From Candidatus Eiseniibacteriota bacterium (GTDB lineage: Bacteria; Eisenbacteria; RBG-16-71-46), in assembly GCA_963707915.1 (NCBI GenBank), contig OY970178.1, positions 2,720,001 to 2,784,000 of the forward strand: 64,000 nt of DNA, given 5' to 3'. The notes beneath the pieces were generated by a model. It searched no databases, was not told where the DNA came from, and saw only the letters and a program-made list of their open reading frames with translations. This document shows positions 49,803 to 58,524 of the stretch, in pieces (positions within the stretch are counted from its first letter, which is position 1; each line of letters begins with the position of its first letter). Made by a program: the position numbers and the translations under genes.

Positions 49803-50993
49803 ATGGACATGTCGCCGGTCTCCCTCGAAGGCATCTTCTCCACCCTCGGCACCAACCAGGACCAGCGCTCCTCGCTGTCCGCCGCCGCGCTCAACCGCGG
49901 GGCCGGTCTGCTCCAGGAGCAGCGCTACGAAGCGGCCATCAAGGAATTCAAGCGCGCCGCGGCCCTGGACCCGCAGTCGAGCGACGCGTGCGTCGTCATG
50001 GGCCGCACCTACTCGATGATCGGCCAGCCCGGGAACGCCATCGCGGCGTTCCAGAAGGCGATCAAGATCGACCCCTCGCGGGTGGACGCGCGCATGTACC
50101 TGGCCGGCGCGTTCGTCGGCACGCAGCGCTACGGCGAGGCGGAAGCGCAGTACCGGGCGGCGATCAAGCTGGACGGCTCCGCCACGGCGCCGCGCAGCGC
50201 GCTGGGCTCGCTCTACCTGCTGATGGAGCGGTACGCCGAGGCCGAGACCCAGTTCCAGAAGGTCGGCTCGATGGCGCCCCTCGATCCGAGCAGCCGCTAC
50301 AACCTGGGACTGGTGTACAACCAGCAGGGGCGCTACACGGAGGCGCTGGGCCAGTTCGACCGCGCCATCTCGCTGCAGCCCGGGAACGTGGACGCCATCG
50401 CCGAGCAGGCCTACTCCTACCTGGGCCTCGGCCAGGAGGACCAGGCGGCCGAGCGGGCCACCACGCTCTGGAACATGAACACCAACGAGAGCTGGACGCG
50501 CGCGGCCGAGATCGAGTCGGCCATGTTCACTCCCAGGTTCCAGTACGCGGACACCGCCAAGTCCACGTTCAACCCGTTCCTGCTGTCGGGGGCGGCCCTC
50601 TCGCTCGAGGACGCCTCGCTCGCGACGCCGGGAGCGTCGAAGCTGTTCACGATGGTATTCCGCTTCAACCAGCCCATGGACCTGGCCTCGGTCCAGAACG
50701 CCATGAAGTGGTCCATCAGCAAGGCCACGGGCGGCCCCGGGGGCGTCTACGACAACGGGGTCACGCTGGACTACAGCCGCGACACCAACATCATGCCGAT
50801 CCCCCTGGCCGTGCGCTACGATCCCGACACGCGCGAGGCGACCGTGTACTTCCGCATCACCCAGAACGCGGCCGGGGACGGGGTGATCGACCCGCGGCAC
50901 TGGGTCTTCCAGTTCTCCGGCACGGACGTGAACGGCAACCCGATGGATCCCCGCGGCGACGAGTACGACGGTTTCGCCCGCAAGCCCTACTGA
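49803..50993 (+). CDS. Tetratricopeptide-repeat protein with C-terminal Ig-like domain
   Basis: About six TPRs (A..F..A..LDP); C-terminal beta-rich part FRFNQPMDLASVQN.. Confidence 0.8.
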   Translation: MDMSPVSLEGIFSTLGTNQDQRSSLSAAALNRGAGLLQEQRYEAAIKEFKRAAALDPQSSDACVVMGRTYSMIGQPGNAIAAFQKAIKIDPSRVDARMYLAGAFVGTQRYGEAEAQYRAAIKLDGSATAPRSALGSLYLLMERYAEAETQFQKVGSMAPLDPSSRYNLGLVYNQQGRYTEALGQFDRAISLQPGNVDAIAEQAYSYLGLGQEDQAAERATTLWNMNTNESWTRAAEIESAMFTPRFQYADTAKSTFNPFLLSGAALSLEDASLATPGASKLFTMVFRFNQPMDLASVQNAMKWSISKATGGPGGVYDNGVTLDYSRDTNIMPIPLAVRYDPDTREATVYFRITQNAAGDGVIDPRHWVFQFSGTDVNGNPMDPRGDEYDGFARKPY

Positions 50994-50997
50994 TCCC

Positions 50998-51048
50998 GCA
51001 CGCGACGAGGGCCCGGGCGTCCAACGCGCCCGGGCCCTCGTCGCGTGC
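50998..51048. terminator. Perfect 22-bp inverted repeat between convergent genes
   Basis: gcacgcgacgagggcccgggcg / cgcccgggccctcgtcgcgtgc with a 7-nt loop. Confidence 0.75.
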
Positions 51049-51062
51049 GCGGCCGGGCTGCG

Positions 51063-51917
51063 TCAGTGCGCCGGCGCGCCGAAGCCGGCCTGCAGGACGC
51101 CCGCGACGTCCGTGGAGAGGCCGAAGCGCAGTTGCAGGCCGTCGGGCCCCGCTCCGCCGTCGGTGTCGACGGCGACGTCCACGAACGCCCACAGCATGCG
51201 GCGCGTCTCCTCGGGAGGGGCGGCCGCTTTCCCGGCCTTGGCGGGCGCGGAGCGGACGGGGGGCGGGAGGAGCCGCCCCTGGAGTGCGACGTGCGCGTCC
51301 CAGCGCGTCCCCGGGAAGTCGCGGCCGAAGGTGTCGTCGCGCCCCATGCCGACGTCGACGCAGGAGCCCTCGAACCAGCCCGCGGTCCGCTCGAAGCCGA
51401 AGCGGGCCTTGGTGATCGTGACGAACTCGGCGCCGCCGGTGCGGCCGAGCACGTAGGCGCCGCTCCAGCCGATGCGGAACGCCACGCCCGCGTTGGGGCG
51501 CACCAGCTCCAGCGGGACCAGCAGGTACGCGCCGGAACGCAGCATGAGGATCGGCTGCCGGATCAGCGGCTGCCCCGGCAGGAACGGCCCGAGCGTGCGC
51601 TCGTCGGTGAGCACTCCTGCCGTCAGGTGCAGCGCGGGTCGCGGGGCCTTCGGCATCGGGAGGTCGAGGACGCGGAAGTCGATGTCCACCTCGGGCGAGG
51701 TGGTGACGCCGTAGGCAAGGCCGAGCGAGTCGGCCTCGATCGAGTGGAAGCGGCTCACCGAACGGGCCACGCCGACCACCAGGCGGATCCGCTCGGTCTC
51801 CGCGCGGGCCTGCGCCGCGGGCAGGAGCAGGGCCAGGGCGAACCCCGCGATGGACGCCAGCCGGCAGGCCGCCGCGCGTCGCGCGGTGACGGGGCCACGC
51901 CAGGACGATGAACGCAT
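51063..51917 (-). CDS. Exported hypothetical protein, possibly a beta-barrel
   Basis: Signal-like LASIAGFALALLLPAAQARA; alternating hydrophobic beta-strand pattern; start uncertain. Confidence 0.55.
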   Translation of the reverse strand: MRSSSWRGPVTARRAAACRLASIAGFALALLLPAAQARAETERIRLVVGVARSVSRFHSIEADSLGLAYGVTTSPEVDIDFRVLDLPMPKAPRPALHLTAGVLTDERTLGPFLPGQPLIRQPILMLRSGAYLLVPLELVRPNAGVAFRIGWSGAYVLGRTGGAEFVTITKARFGFERTAGWFEGSCVDVGMGRDDTFGRDFPGTRWDAHVALQGRLLPPPVRSAPAKAGKAAAPPEETRRMLWAFVDVAVDTDGGAGPDGLQLRFGLSTDVAGVLQAGFGAPAH

Positions 51918-52107
51918 GCGACCTCCGCTCGGGTTTCCTGGGATGGGGTGCCGTCCGGGCATGCGCGGCACCCGGCCGTGGGCGCGGCACCCGGACTCTC
52001 CCTCCCAGTATCGGCAGCGGCGGCCCCGGTTTGACCCGGGGCGCGGGCCGCCGTTGGCCTGCCGGCGCGGTCGGGAGTACGTTCCCGCCCACCGGAGGGT
52101 CCTCGCG

Positions 52108-52773
52108 ATGGCCGTCTCGCTCGAGAAGTTCGCCCACCAGTACGTGCCCGCGCCGCGAGGCGGGGACGCCGTCACCTTCCTGCTGCTGCACGGCACGGGT
52201 GGCGGCGAGCGCGACCTGCTCCACCTTGGGCCGGTCCTGGACGAGGGCGCGGGCTTGCTCGCCCCGCGCGGGGAGTCCCTGGCGGGGGCCAGCCCGGCCT
52301 TCCTGCCCGGTGCAGTCGCCGGCGCGCTCGATCTCGACGAACTGCACGTGCGCACCTACGGGCTGGCCGACTGGGTCCGGGCGGCCGCGGCGGCCCACCG
52401 CTTCGATCCCGGCCGTGTCGTGGCGGTGGGGCACGCGAGCGGCGCCGACATGGCGGCGAGCCTGCTGCTGCTCGAGCCCGGGCTGCTCGCCGGCGCGGTG
52501 CTGTTCCGCCCGGCGCTGTCGCTCGAACCGGAGCGCACACCGCGCCTGCACGGCGTGGCGGTCCTGGTCGCCTCGGGGCGCGCGGACGAGAGCGTGCCGC
52601 CCGAGCGGATCGAGGGGCTCACTTACCAACTGCGCCGGGCCGGAGCGGACGTCACCCTGCACTGGGACAACGCGGGGCACGAGATCGACTCGCGCGAGAC
52701 CGCCGCGGCGCGCGAATGGCTGCGTCGCCGCCGCCTCGCGCGCGGCCTCACGGTGCACGACCCGCCGCTGTGA
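52108..52773 (+). CDS. Alpha/beta hydrolase (phospholipase/carboxylesterase, MhqD-like) with an atypical nucleophile elbow
   Basis: LLLHGTGGGERDL, LAPRG, GHASGA in place of GxSNGA, SGRAD, AGHEI. Confidence 0.8.
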   Translation: MAVSLEKFAHQYVPAPRGGDAVTFLLLHGTGGGERDLLHLGPVLDEGAGLLAPRGESLAGASPAFLPGAVAGALDLDELHVRTYGLADWVRAAAAAHRFDPGRVVAVGHASGADMAASLLLLEPGLLAGAVLFRPALSLEPERTPRLHGVAVLVASGRADESVPPERIEGLTYQLRRAGADVTLHWDNAGHEIDSRETAAAREWLRRRRLARGLTVHDPPL

Positions 52774-52857
52774 GCCGTCCGGAAGTGAGGCTCCGACCGG
52801 CGCGCGTCCGCAGGAAGTGCTAGGCCCGACGCCGCAAGAGGAGCTCTGCACCCCAGG

Positions 52858-53672
52858 ATGACCTTCACCAATTCCGCGGTCCTGCCCTTCCTGCTGCTGA
52901 CCTGGCTGCTCTGGCTCCCCGCCGGGCGCACCGGCCGCAAGTGGGTGCTGATCGCGGCCAGCCTGCTGTTCTACGGCGCCTGGGACCTGCGCTTCCTGGC
53001 GTTGCTCGGCGCGGTCTGGTCGGTGGTGTTCGTCGTGCCGCAGGCCATCGCGCGCACGGCCGACCCCCGTGCGCGGTCGCGGCTCGTGACGCTGGGCGTC
53101 ACGGTCCTGGTCGGGCTGCTGGTCGTCTTCAAGTACCTGGGGTTCTTCGCGCAGGCGGCCGAGGGCCTGGCCCGCGCCTGAGGGCTCCCCGCCGCCGACG
53201 TCACCCTCCGGGTCATGCTCCCGGTGGGCATCTCCTTCTATACGTTCCAGGCCATCGGCGACCTGCTCGACGTCCACTGGGGGCGGGTCGCGGCCTCGCG
53301 CTCGGTGCCGGACACCGCGCTGTACGTCTGTTTCTTCCCGCTCGTGCTCGCGGGGCCGATCGAGCGCGGCGCGCGGTGGCTCCCGCAGCTCGAGCGATAC
53401 CATCCGGTCCGCCTGGAACACCTGCGCGACGGCTTCGAGCGGATGCTGCTCGGCGGCCTGCTTAAGGTGGGGATCGCCGATCCGATCGCGCCCTTCTGCA
53501 ACGACATCTTCGCCCGGGCGGGCTCGGCCGGCTCCGGCGAGCTGCTCTTCGGCGCCTACGCCTACTCGCTGCAGATCTTGACCGACTTCGCCGGCTACAG
53601 CCTGATCGCGCGGGGCGCCGCCGGCTGCTTCGGCTACGAGGCCGTCAACAACTTCGAGCAGCCGTACTTCTG
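52858..53672 (+). pseudogene. MBOAT O-acyltransferase (AlgI/DltB-like): in-frame TGA at 53179-53181 and truncation after NFEQPYF
   Basis: ASLLFYGAWD, VFKYLGFF, LPVGISFYTFQ, FFPLVLAGPIER, YSLQILTDFAGYS.IARG, NFEQPYF; the C-terminal half that carries the catalytic His is missing. Confidence 0.75.
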
Positions 53673-53929
53673 GCGTCCTCTACGTCACCGGCAACCTGAC
53701 GATGAACGGCAACTTCACCTACCGCGGGCTGGTCTACGTCGAGGGGGACCTGCAGATCAACGGCGGCGCGTGGGTCCTGGGCGGGCTGATCGTGAAGGGC
53801 ATCACCGACATCAAGCTCGCCAACGGCACGGCCTCGGTCTTCTACAGTTCCGAGATGATCTCGCAGGCGGCGTCGAGCGCGGGCGGGAGCTTCCAGCGCC
53901 TCTCCTGGCGCGAGGTGCCCGCGAACTGA
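53672..53929 (+). pseudogene. Orphan 3' fragment of an unrelated gene (resembles the C-terminal beta-rich tail of PilX-like pilus-assembly proteins)
   Basis: GVLYVTGNLTMNGNFTYRGLVYVEGDLQINGGAWVLGGLIVKG...SWREVPAN* in a different frame, with no own 5' end. Confidence 0.5.
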
Positions 53930-53957
53930 CCGTCGCGGCCCCTGGCCCGGGGCCGCC

Positions 53958-54800
53958 TCAGACGATCTCGAGCGCCGGTGCCGCGGCGATCGCGCCGGCG
54001 GCCCGCGCGCGCTCGTAGAGCCGCGCCAGCGCGCGCCGGCCCAGTTCGCCCATGTCGAGCGTGAGGTCGTTCACGTACATGTGGACGAACGTCCGGCCCT
54101 GGCCGGTGTCGAGGCCGCGCCCGAACTGCAGGGCGTAGGCGATGGCCTCGTCCTCGTGCTCGAGCGCGGCCTGGATGGAGGCGCGGAAGCCGACGCTCAC
54201 CGCGCGCATCAGCCCCGGCCCCAGGTCGCGGCGCACCACGTCGAGCCCGAGCGGCACCGGCAGCCCGTCGCGCTCCTGCCACAATTCGCCGAAGTCGAGC
54301 ACCTTCACCAGCCCCTCCTCGCGGTAGGTCAGCTGGCTCTCGTGGATGATCACGCCGGCCTCGACCTCGCCCGCGAGCACCGCGGCCGGGATGCGGTCGA
54401 ACATCACGTCCACCGGCACGCAGTCCGGGCACTCGCAGCGCAGCAGCAGCGCGGCGGTGGTAAGCGGGCCGGGGACCGCCACGCGCCGTCCGCGCAGCGA
54501 CTCGAGCGTGCGCGGTTCGCGCGCGACGAGCACCGGGCCGACCCCGTGGCCCATCGAGGCGCCGCAGGCCAGCACGGCGTAGCGGTCGGCGAGGAAGCTG
54601 TAGGCGTGCGCCGAGACCGCGGTGATCTCGAGGTCGGCGCGCTCGAGGGCGCGGCGGTTGAGGCTCTGGATGTCCTCGAGCACGTGCTCGACCCGGCAGC
54701 CCTCGACCGCGGCGAGGCCGGCGTGGAAGCCGTAGAACATGTAGGCGTCGTCGGCGTCGGGGCTGTGCCCGAAGCGCAGGGTGCGCGGTGCGGCGTTCAC
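53958..54800 (-). CDS. mqnD: 1,4-dihydroxy-6-naphthoate synthase (MqnA/MqnD family)
   Basis: GHSPDADDAYMFYG, DIQSLN, GASMG.GVGP, AVPGPLTTA.LL, GVIIHESQLTY, LPVPLG, MYVND. Confidence 0.85.
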   Translation of the reverse strand: MNAAPRTLRFGHSPDADDAYMFYGFHAGLAAVEGCRVEHVLEDIQSLNRRALERADLEITAVSAHAYSFLADRYAVLACGASMGHGVGPVLVAREPRTLESLRGRRVAVPGPLTTAALLLRCECPDCVPVDVMFDRIPAAVLAGEVEAGVIIHESQLTYREEGLVKVLDFGELWQERDGLPVPLGLDVVRRDLGPGLMRAVSVGFRASIQAALEHEDEAIAYALQFGRGLDTGQGRTFVHMYVNDLTLDMGELGRRALARLYERARAAGAIAAAPALEIV

Positions 54801-55954
54801 GATGACCTCCCGGCGCCGCGGGCCGCGGCCGCGGTCGGGCGCCCCGCGGCGTGGCCCGCCGCCTGCTCCCAGATGAAGGTGCGCAGCGGGTCGAGCCCGG
54901 CGCCGGTCTTGGCCGAGACCAGGAACGCGCCGGGGTACTGGGCCTCGAGCCCCGCGACCACGTCCTCGTCCCCGACCAGGTCGAGCTTGTTGAAGACCAG
55001 CACGGTGGGCCGCGGCTCGCCGAGCAACTCCTCGAGCACGCCCTCGACCGCCTGCATCTGCCGCAGGATGTCGGGATCCGCGGCGTCCACCACGTGGAGC
55101 AGCAGGTCGGCCTCGACCGCCTCGACCAGCGTGCTGTGGAACGAGGCCACCAGGTGGTGCGGCAGCTTGCGGATGAACCCCACGGTGTCGGTGAGCAGGG
55201 CCAGGTGGCGCGCGGGGCTCACCATCTGCCGCGTGGTGGCGTCGAGCGTGGCGAAGAGCCGGTCCTCGACGAACACCGTCGAGCGGGTGAGCGCGTTGAA
55301 CAGCGTGCTCTTGCCGGCGTTGGTGTAGCCCACCAGCGCGGTGCGGAAGTGGTCGCGCCGGCGGCGGCGCTGGGTCTCCCGCTCCCGCTCGACGCTCTCG
55401 AGCGCGAGCTTCAGGCGCGCGATCTTCTCGCGCACGATGCGCCGGTCGGTCTCGAGCTGGGTCTCGCCCGGGCCGCGCACGCCGATGCCGCCGGCCTGCC
55501 GCTCGAGGTGTTTCCACATGCCGGTCAGCCGCGGCAGCGTGTACTGCAGCTGCGCCAGCTCCACCTGCAGGCGCGACTCCCGCGAGCGGGCGCGGCTCGC
55601 GAAGATGTCGAGGATCAGCTCCGAGCGGTCCACCACCTTGGCCTCCAGCTCCTTCTCGAGGTTGCGCACCTGCGAGGGCGAGAGGTCGTCGTTGAACAGC
55701 ACCAGGTCGGCCTCGACCTCCCCGACCAGCGCCTTGAGGTCCGCCAGCTTGCCCTTGCCGAGGAAGCTGCGCGGGTGCACCTCGCCGCGGCGCTGCACCA
55801 GCTCGCCCAGCACGCGCGCGCCGGCGGTGTCGGCGAGCCGGCGCAGCTCCTCGAGCGAGCGCGGCAGGTCGCGGCCGTCGCGGCCGGCGTGCCCGACCAG
55901 CACGGCGCGCTCGGCCTTCGGCGGGTTCGCGACCTCGTGCGAGCGCGGCTTCAC
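54797..55954 (-). CDS. hflX: Ribosome-splitting GTPase HflX
   Basis: LILDIFASRA, LAQLQYTLPRL, GPGETQLETDRR, LVGYTNAGKSTLFN, LFATLD, DTVGFI, NKLD. Confidence 0.96.
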   Translation of the reverse strand: MKPRSHEVANPPKAERAVLVGHAGRDGRDLPRSLEELRRLADTAGARVLGELVQRRGEVHPRSFLGKGKLADLKALVGEVEADLVLFNDDLSPSQVRNLEKELEAKVVDRSELILDIFASRARSRESRLQVELAQLQYTLPRLTGMWKHLERQAGGIGVRGPGETQLETDRRIVREKIARLKLALESVERERETQRRRRRDHFRTALVGYTNAGKSTLFNALTRSTVFVEDRLFATLDATTRQMVSPARHLALLTDTVGFIRKLPHHLVASFHSTLVEAVEADLLLHVVDAADPDILRQMQAVEGVLEELLGEPRPTVLVFNKLDLVGDEDVVAGLEAQYPGAFLVSAKTGAGLDPLRTFIWEQAAGHAAGRPTAAAARGAGRSS

Positions 55955-57198
55955 CCGCGGGTCTCGATCTCGAGCCCGGTGGGGAAGGAGGTCAGGTTCT
56001 CGACCGTGCCGTCGGCGCGGACGTGGACCAGGTCCTCGATCCGGCACCCCATGCCGCGCTCCGGGTAGTAGAGCCCGGGCTCGACCGTGACCACCATGCC
56101 GGGCTCGAGCACCACGGTGTTGGTGGGCGGCCCGCCGAGCAGCGGCGGGTCGTGCACCGAGAGCCCCACGCCGTGGCCGAGGTTGTGAACGTAGCCCTCC
56201 TGCGTCGCCTCGTTCGTGCGCCGGGTGGCGTGCCCGTACCGCTCGAAGACGTCGCAGGCCACGTCCTGGAACGAGCGGCAGGGCCGGCCCGCGGCGAGCG
56301 CGGCCTTCGCGGCGCTGAACGCTTCGTGCGTCTGCGCGTAGAGCTCCCGCAGCGGCGCCGGTGCGGGCCCCATGCAGAAGGTGCGCGTCATGTCGGAGTG
56401 GTAGCCGCCGCCGGTCTCGCCCGGGAAGATGTCCACGATCAGCGAGCGGCCGGCGGTGAGCGGCTCGTCGTCGTCGCCGCGGTTGTGCGGCACGCCGGCG
56501 TCGCGCCCCTGCGAGACGATGCTGTCGCCCTGGTCCTCGGCGAGCCCGTGCTCGAGGAACTCGCGGTGCAGGACGCGGCGCAGGTCGCCGAGCTTCACCG
56601 GCCCGGAGCCGTCGGCGCGGAAGTGCTCGCCGTCGCGCCGCAGCGACTCCAGGAATCCGCGCAGCCGGCCCATGGCCGCCACGGTGCCGCGCGCGGCGCG
56701 GCGGATGGCCTCGACCTCGTCGGGGTCCTTGGTGGTGCGGGCCTGCAGCATCAGGTCGGGGTGCCCCGAGTCGACGCTGAGCGCCGGGTTCGCCTCGATC
56801 ATGCGCAGCACCAGCGTGTGGGCGAAGCCGGCCGGCAGGTCGCCGAACAGCCCGATCCGGCCCTCGATCGCGAGCGTGGCGCAGCTCTCGCCGATGAGCC
56901 GGCCGAAGGCGCGCGCCGGGTGACCGCCCTCCTCGGCGAGGATGCGCGGGAGGGCGTGCTGCGGGAAGCCGGAGTGCTCGCATCCCACCGCCGCCGCCTG
57001 GTCGCGCTCCATCGGGTCGTGGATGAGGTGCGCGCGGGGCGGATCGCCGTCGGCCGCGCCGGGGGCGCGCAGGTAGACCCCGTAGTGGAGCTTCTGGCCG
57101 GTGACGTAGTGCATGGCCGGGCTGTAGCGGTCGTGGGCGAACACGACCATTCCCGCCAGCCCGCGTTCCCGCATGAGTCGGTCGAGATCCCTGCGCAT
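55951..57198 (-). CDS. Xaa-Pro aminopeptidase (M24B family)
   Basis: Metal ligands in VDIFP, HSDMTRT, HNLGHGVG..H, TVEPGLY, RIED. Confidence 0.9.
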   Translation of the reverse strand: MRRDLDRLMRERGLAGMVVFAHDRYSPAMHYVTGQKLHYGVYLRAPGAADGDPPRAHLIHDPMERDQAAAVGCEHSGFPQHALPRILAEEGGHPARAFGRLIGESCATLAIEGRIGLFGDLPAGFAHTLVLRMIEANPALSVDSGHPDLMLQARTTKDPDEVEAIRRAARGTVAAMGRLRGFLESLRRDGEHFRADGSGPVKLGDLRRVLHREFLEHGLAEDQGDSIVSQGRDAGVPHNRGDDDEPLTAGRSLIVDIFPGETGGGYHSDMTRTFCMGPAPAPLRELYAQTHEAFSAAKAALAAGRPCRSFQDVACDVFERYGHATRRTNEATQEGYVHNLGHGVGLSVHDPPLLGGPPTNTVVLEPGMVVTVEPGLYYPERGMGCRIEDLVHVRADGTVENLTSFPTGLEIETRG

Positions 57199-57270
57199 GT
57201 GCCCCTCCCGGGTTCGATGGATGACGCGGATGCTAGTGCATCGCGCGGGGGATTGCGAAGCCGCCCGCCG

Positions 57271-57960
57271 TCACGCCACGCGGGCCCGTGAGATGCGCAC
57301 GGCGATGACCACCCGCATCACCAGCAGGCCGGCGGCGAAGCCCCCGACGTGCGCCCAGAAGGCGATCCCGCCGCTGCCCGAGGCGCCCAGCGCGCCCAGG
57401 CCCAGCACGAATTGGAACAGGAACCAGAGTCCGAGCAGGAAGAACGCGGGCAGCGCGACCACCCGGATGAACGGGAAGAGCGGCAGCAGGGTGAACACGC
57501 GCGCGCGCGGGAACTTCGCGACGTAGGCCCCCAGCACCGCCGCGATCGCGCCGCTGGCCCCGACCGTCGGCACCGCGGCGACCGGGCCGGTGAGATAGTG
57601 CAGCAGCGTGGCCACGACGCCGCAGGCGAGGTAGAAGACCAGGAAGCCGGCGTGGCCCAGGACGTCCTCGACGTTGTCGCCAAAGATCCACAGGTACCAG
57701 AGGTTCCCGACCAGGTGGGACCAGCCGCCGTGCAGGAACATGGAGGTCAGCAGGGGGAGCACGGCCGGCAGCAGCGGGGCGTCGCCGTAGCGCGCCGCCA
57801 GCGTGAGACGCACCGGGACGAAGCCCCACTCGAAGAGGAACGGCCGCAGTCCCGGGCCGAGCAGCACCTCGTAGACGAAGGCGGCCAGGTTCAGCACGAT
57901 GAGCGCGCGCGTGACCAGCGGCACGGTCGCCGACGGGTTCTCGTTGCGCAGTGGGATCAA
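57271..57960 (-). CDS. Rhomboid intramembrane serine protease
   Basis: TSMFLHGGWSHLVGNLWYLWIFGDNVED, GASGAIA, AFWAHVGGF; TTG start. Confidence 0.93.
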   Translation of the reverse strand: MIPLRNENPSATVPLVTRALIVLNLAAFVYEVLLGPGLRPFLFEWGFVPVRLTLAARYGDAPLLPAVLPLLTSMFLHGGWSHLVGNLWYLWIFGDNVEDVLGHAGFLVFYLACGVVATLLHYLTGPVAAVPTVGASGAIAAVLGAYVAKFPRARVFTLLPLFPFIRVVALPAFFLLGLWFLFQFVLGLGALGASGSGGIAFWAHVGGFAAGLLVMRVVIAVRISRARVA

Positions 57961-58047
57961 GCGGCCCTCCGCGGGCGCGCGTCGGGTCCGGTTCGCGGAG
58001 CGGACCCGGGCTCGGCCGGGGCCGGGAACCCGGCCGAGCCCCGCCGG

Positions 58048-58076
58048 TTGACGCCTCCCGGGCCGCTTCCTATCCT
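58048..58076 (+). promoter_or_regulatory. sigma70-type promoter of trxA (TTGACG-N17-TATCCT)
   Basis: Near-consensus -35/-10 with 17-bp spacing. Confidence 0.6.
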
Positions 58077-58170
58077 GCCGAGGTCAGCCACCCCGAGCGT
58101 ATCCTTGGCGCCCGTCCCGGCATCCAACGGGTGTCCATACGAAGTCTTCGACCCCCGTGGAGGTTCTTTC

Positions 58171-58494
58171 ATGTCCAACGCACCCGCCGTCACCAGTGGG
58201 AATTTCGCCACCGAGGTCCTCCAGTCGCCGCTGCCGGTGCTGGTGGATTTCTGGGCCGCCTGGTGCGGTCCCTGCCGGGCCGTCGCGCCCACCGTCGAGG
58301 CGCTCGCCAGCGAGTACGCGGGCAAGCTGAAGGTCGTGAAGCTGGACGTGGACGAATCCGGTGACGTGGCGGGCCAGTTCGGGGTCCAGAGCATCCCGAC
58401 CCTGATCCTCTTCAAGGGTGGACAGCCCGTCGAACGGCTGGTCGGCAACCACCCGAAGCCGGCGATCGTTTCCCGGATCCAGCAGTACCTCTAG
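58171..58494 (+). CDS. trxA: Thioredoxin
   Basis: VLVDFWAAWCGPCR, VQSIPTL; GGAGG RBS. Confidence 0.96.
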   Translation: MSNAPAVTSGNFATEVLQSPLPVLVDFWAAWCGPCRAVAPTVEALASEYAGKLKVVKLDVDESGDVAGQFGVQSIPTLILFKGGQPVERLVGNHPKPAIVSRIQQYL

Positions 58495-58524
58495 GCCCCG
58501 GAGCCTCACGGGACGGCCCGCGCC

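Noticed and set aside
53179..53181. In-frame TGA as selenocysteine or an alternative genetic code
   Set aside because: It falls in a non-catalytic loop of an MBOAT protein that is also truncated, and many neighbouring genes use TGA as a normal stop
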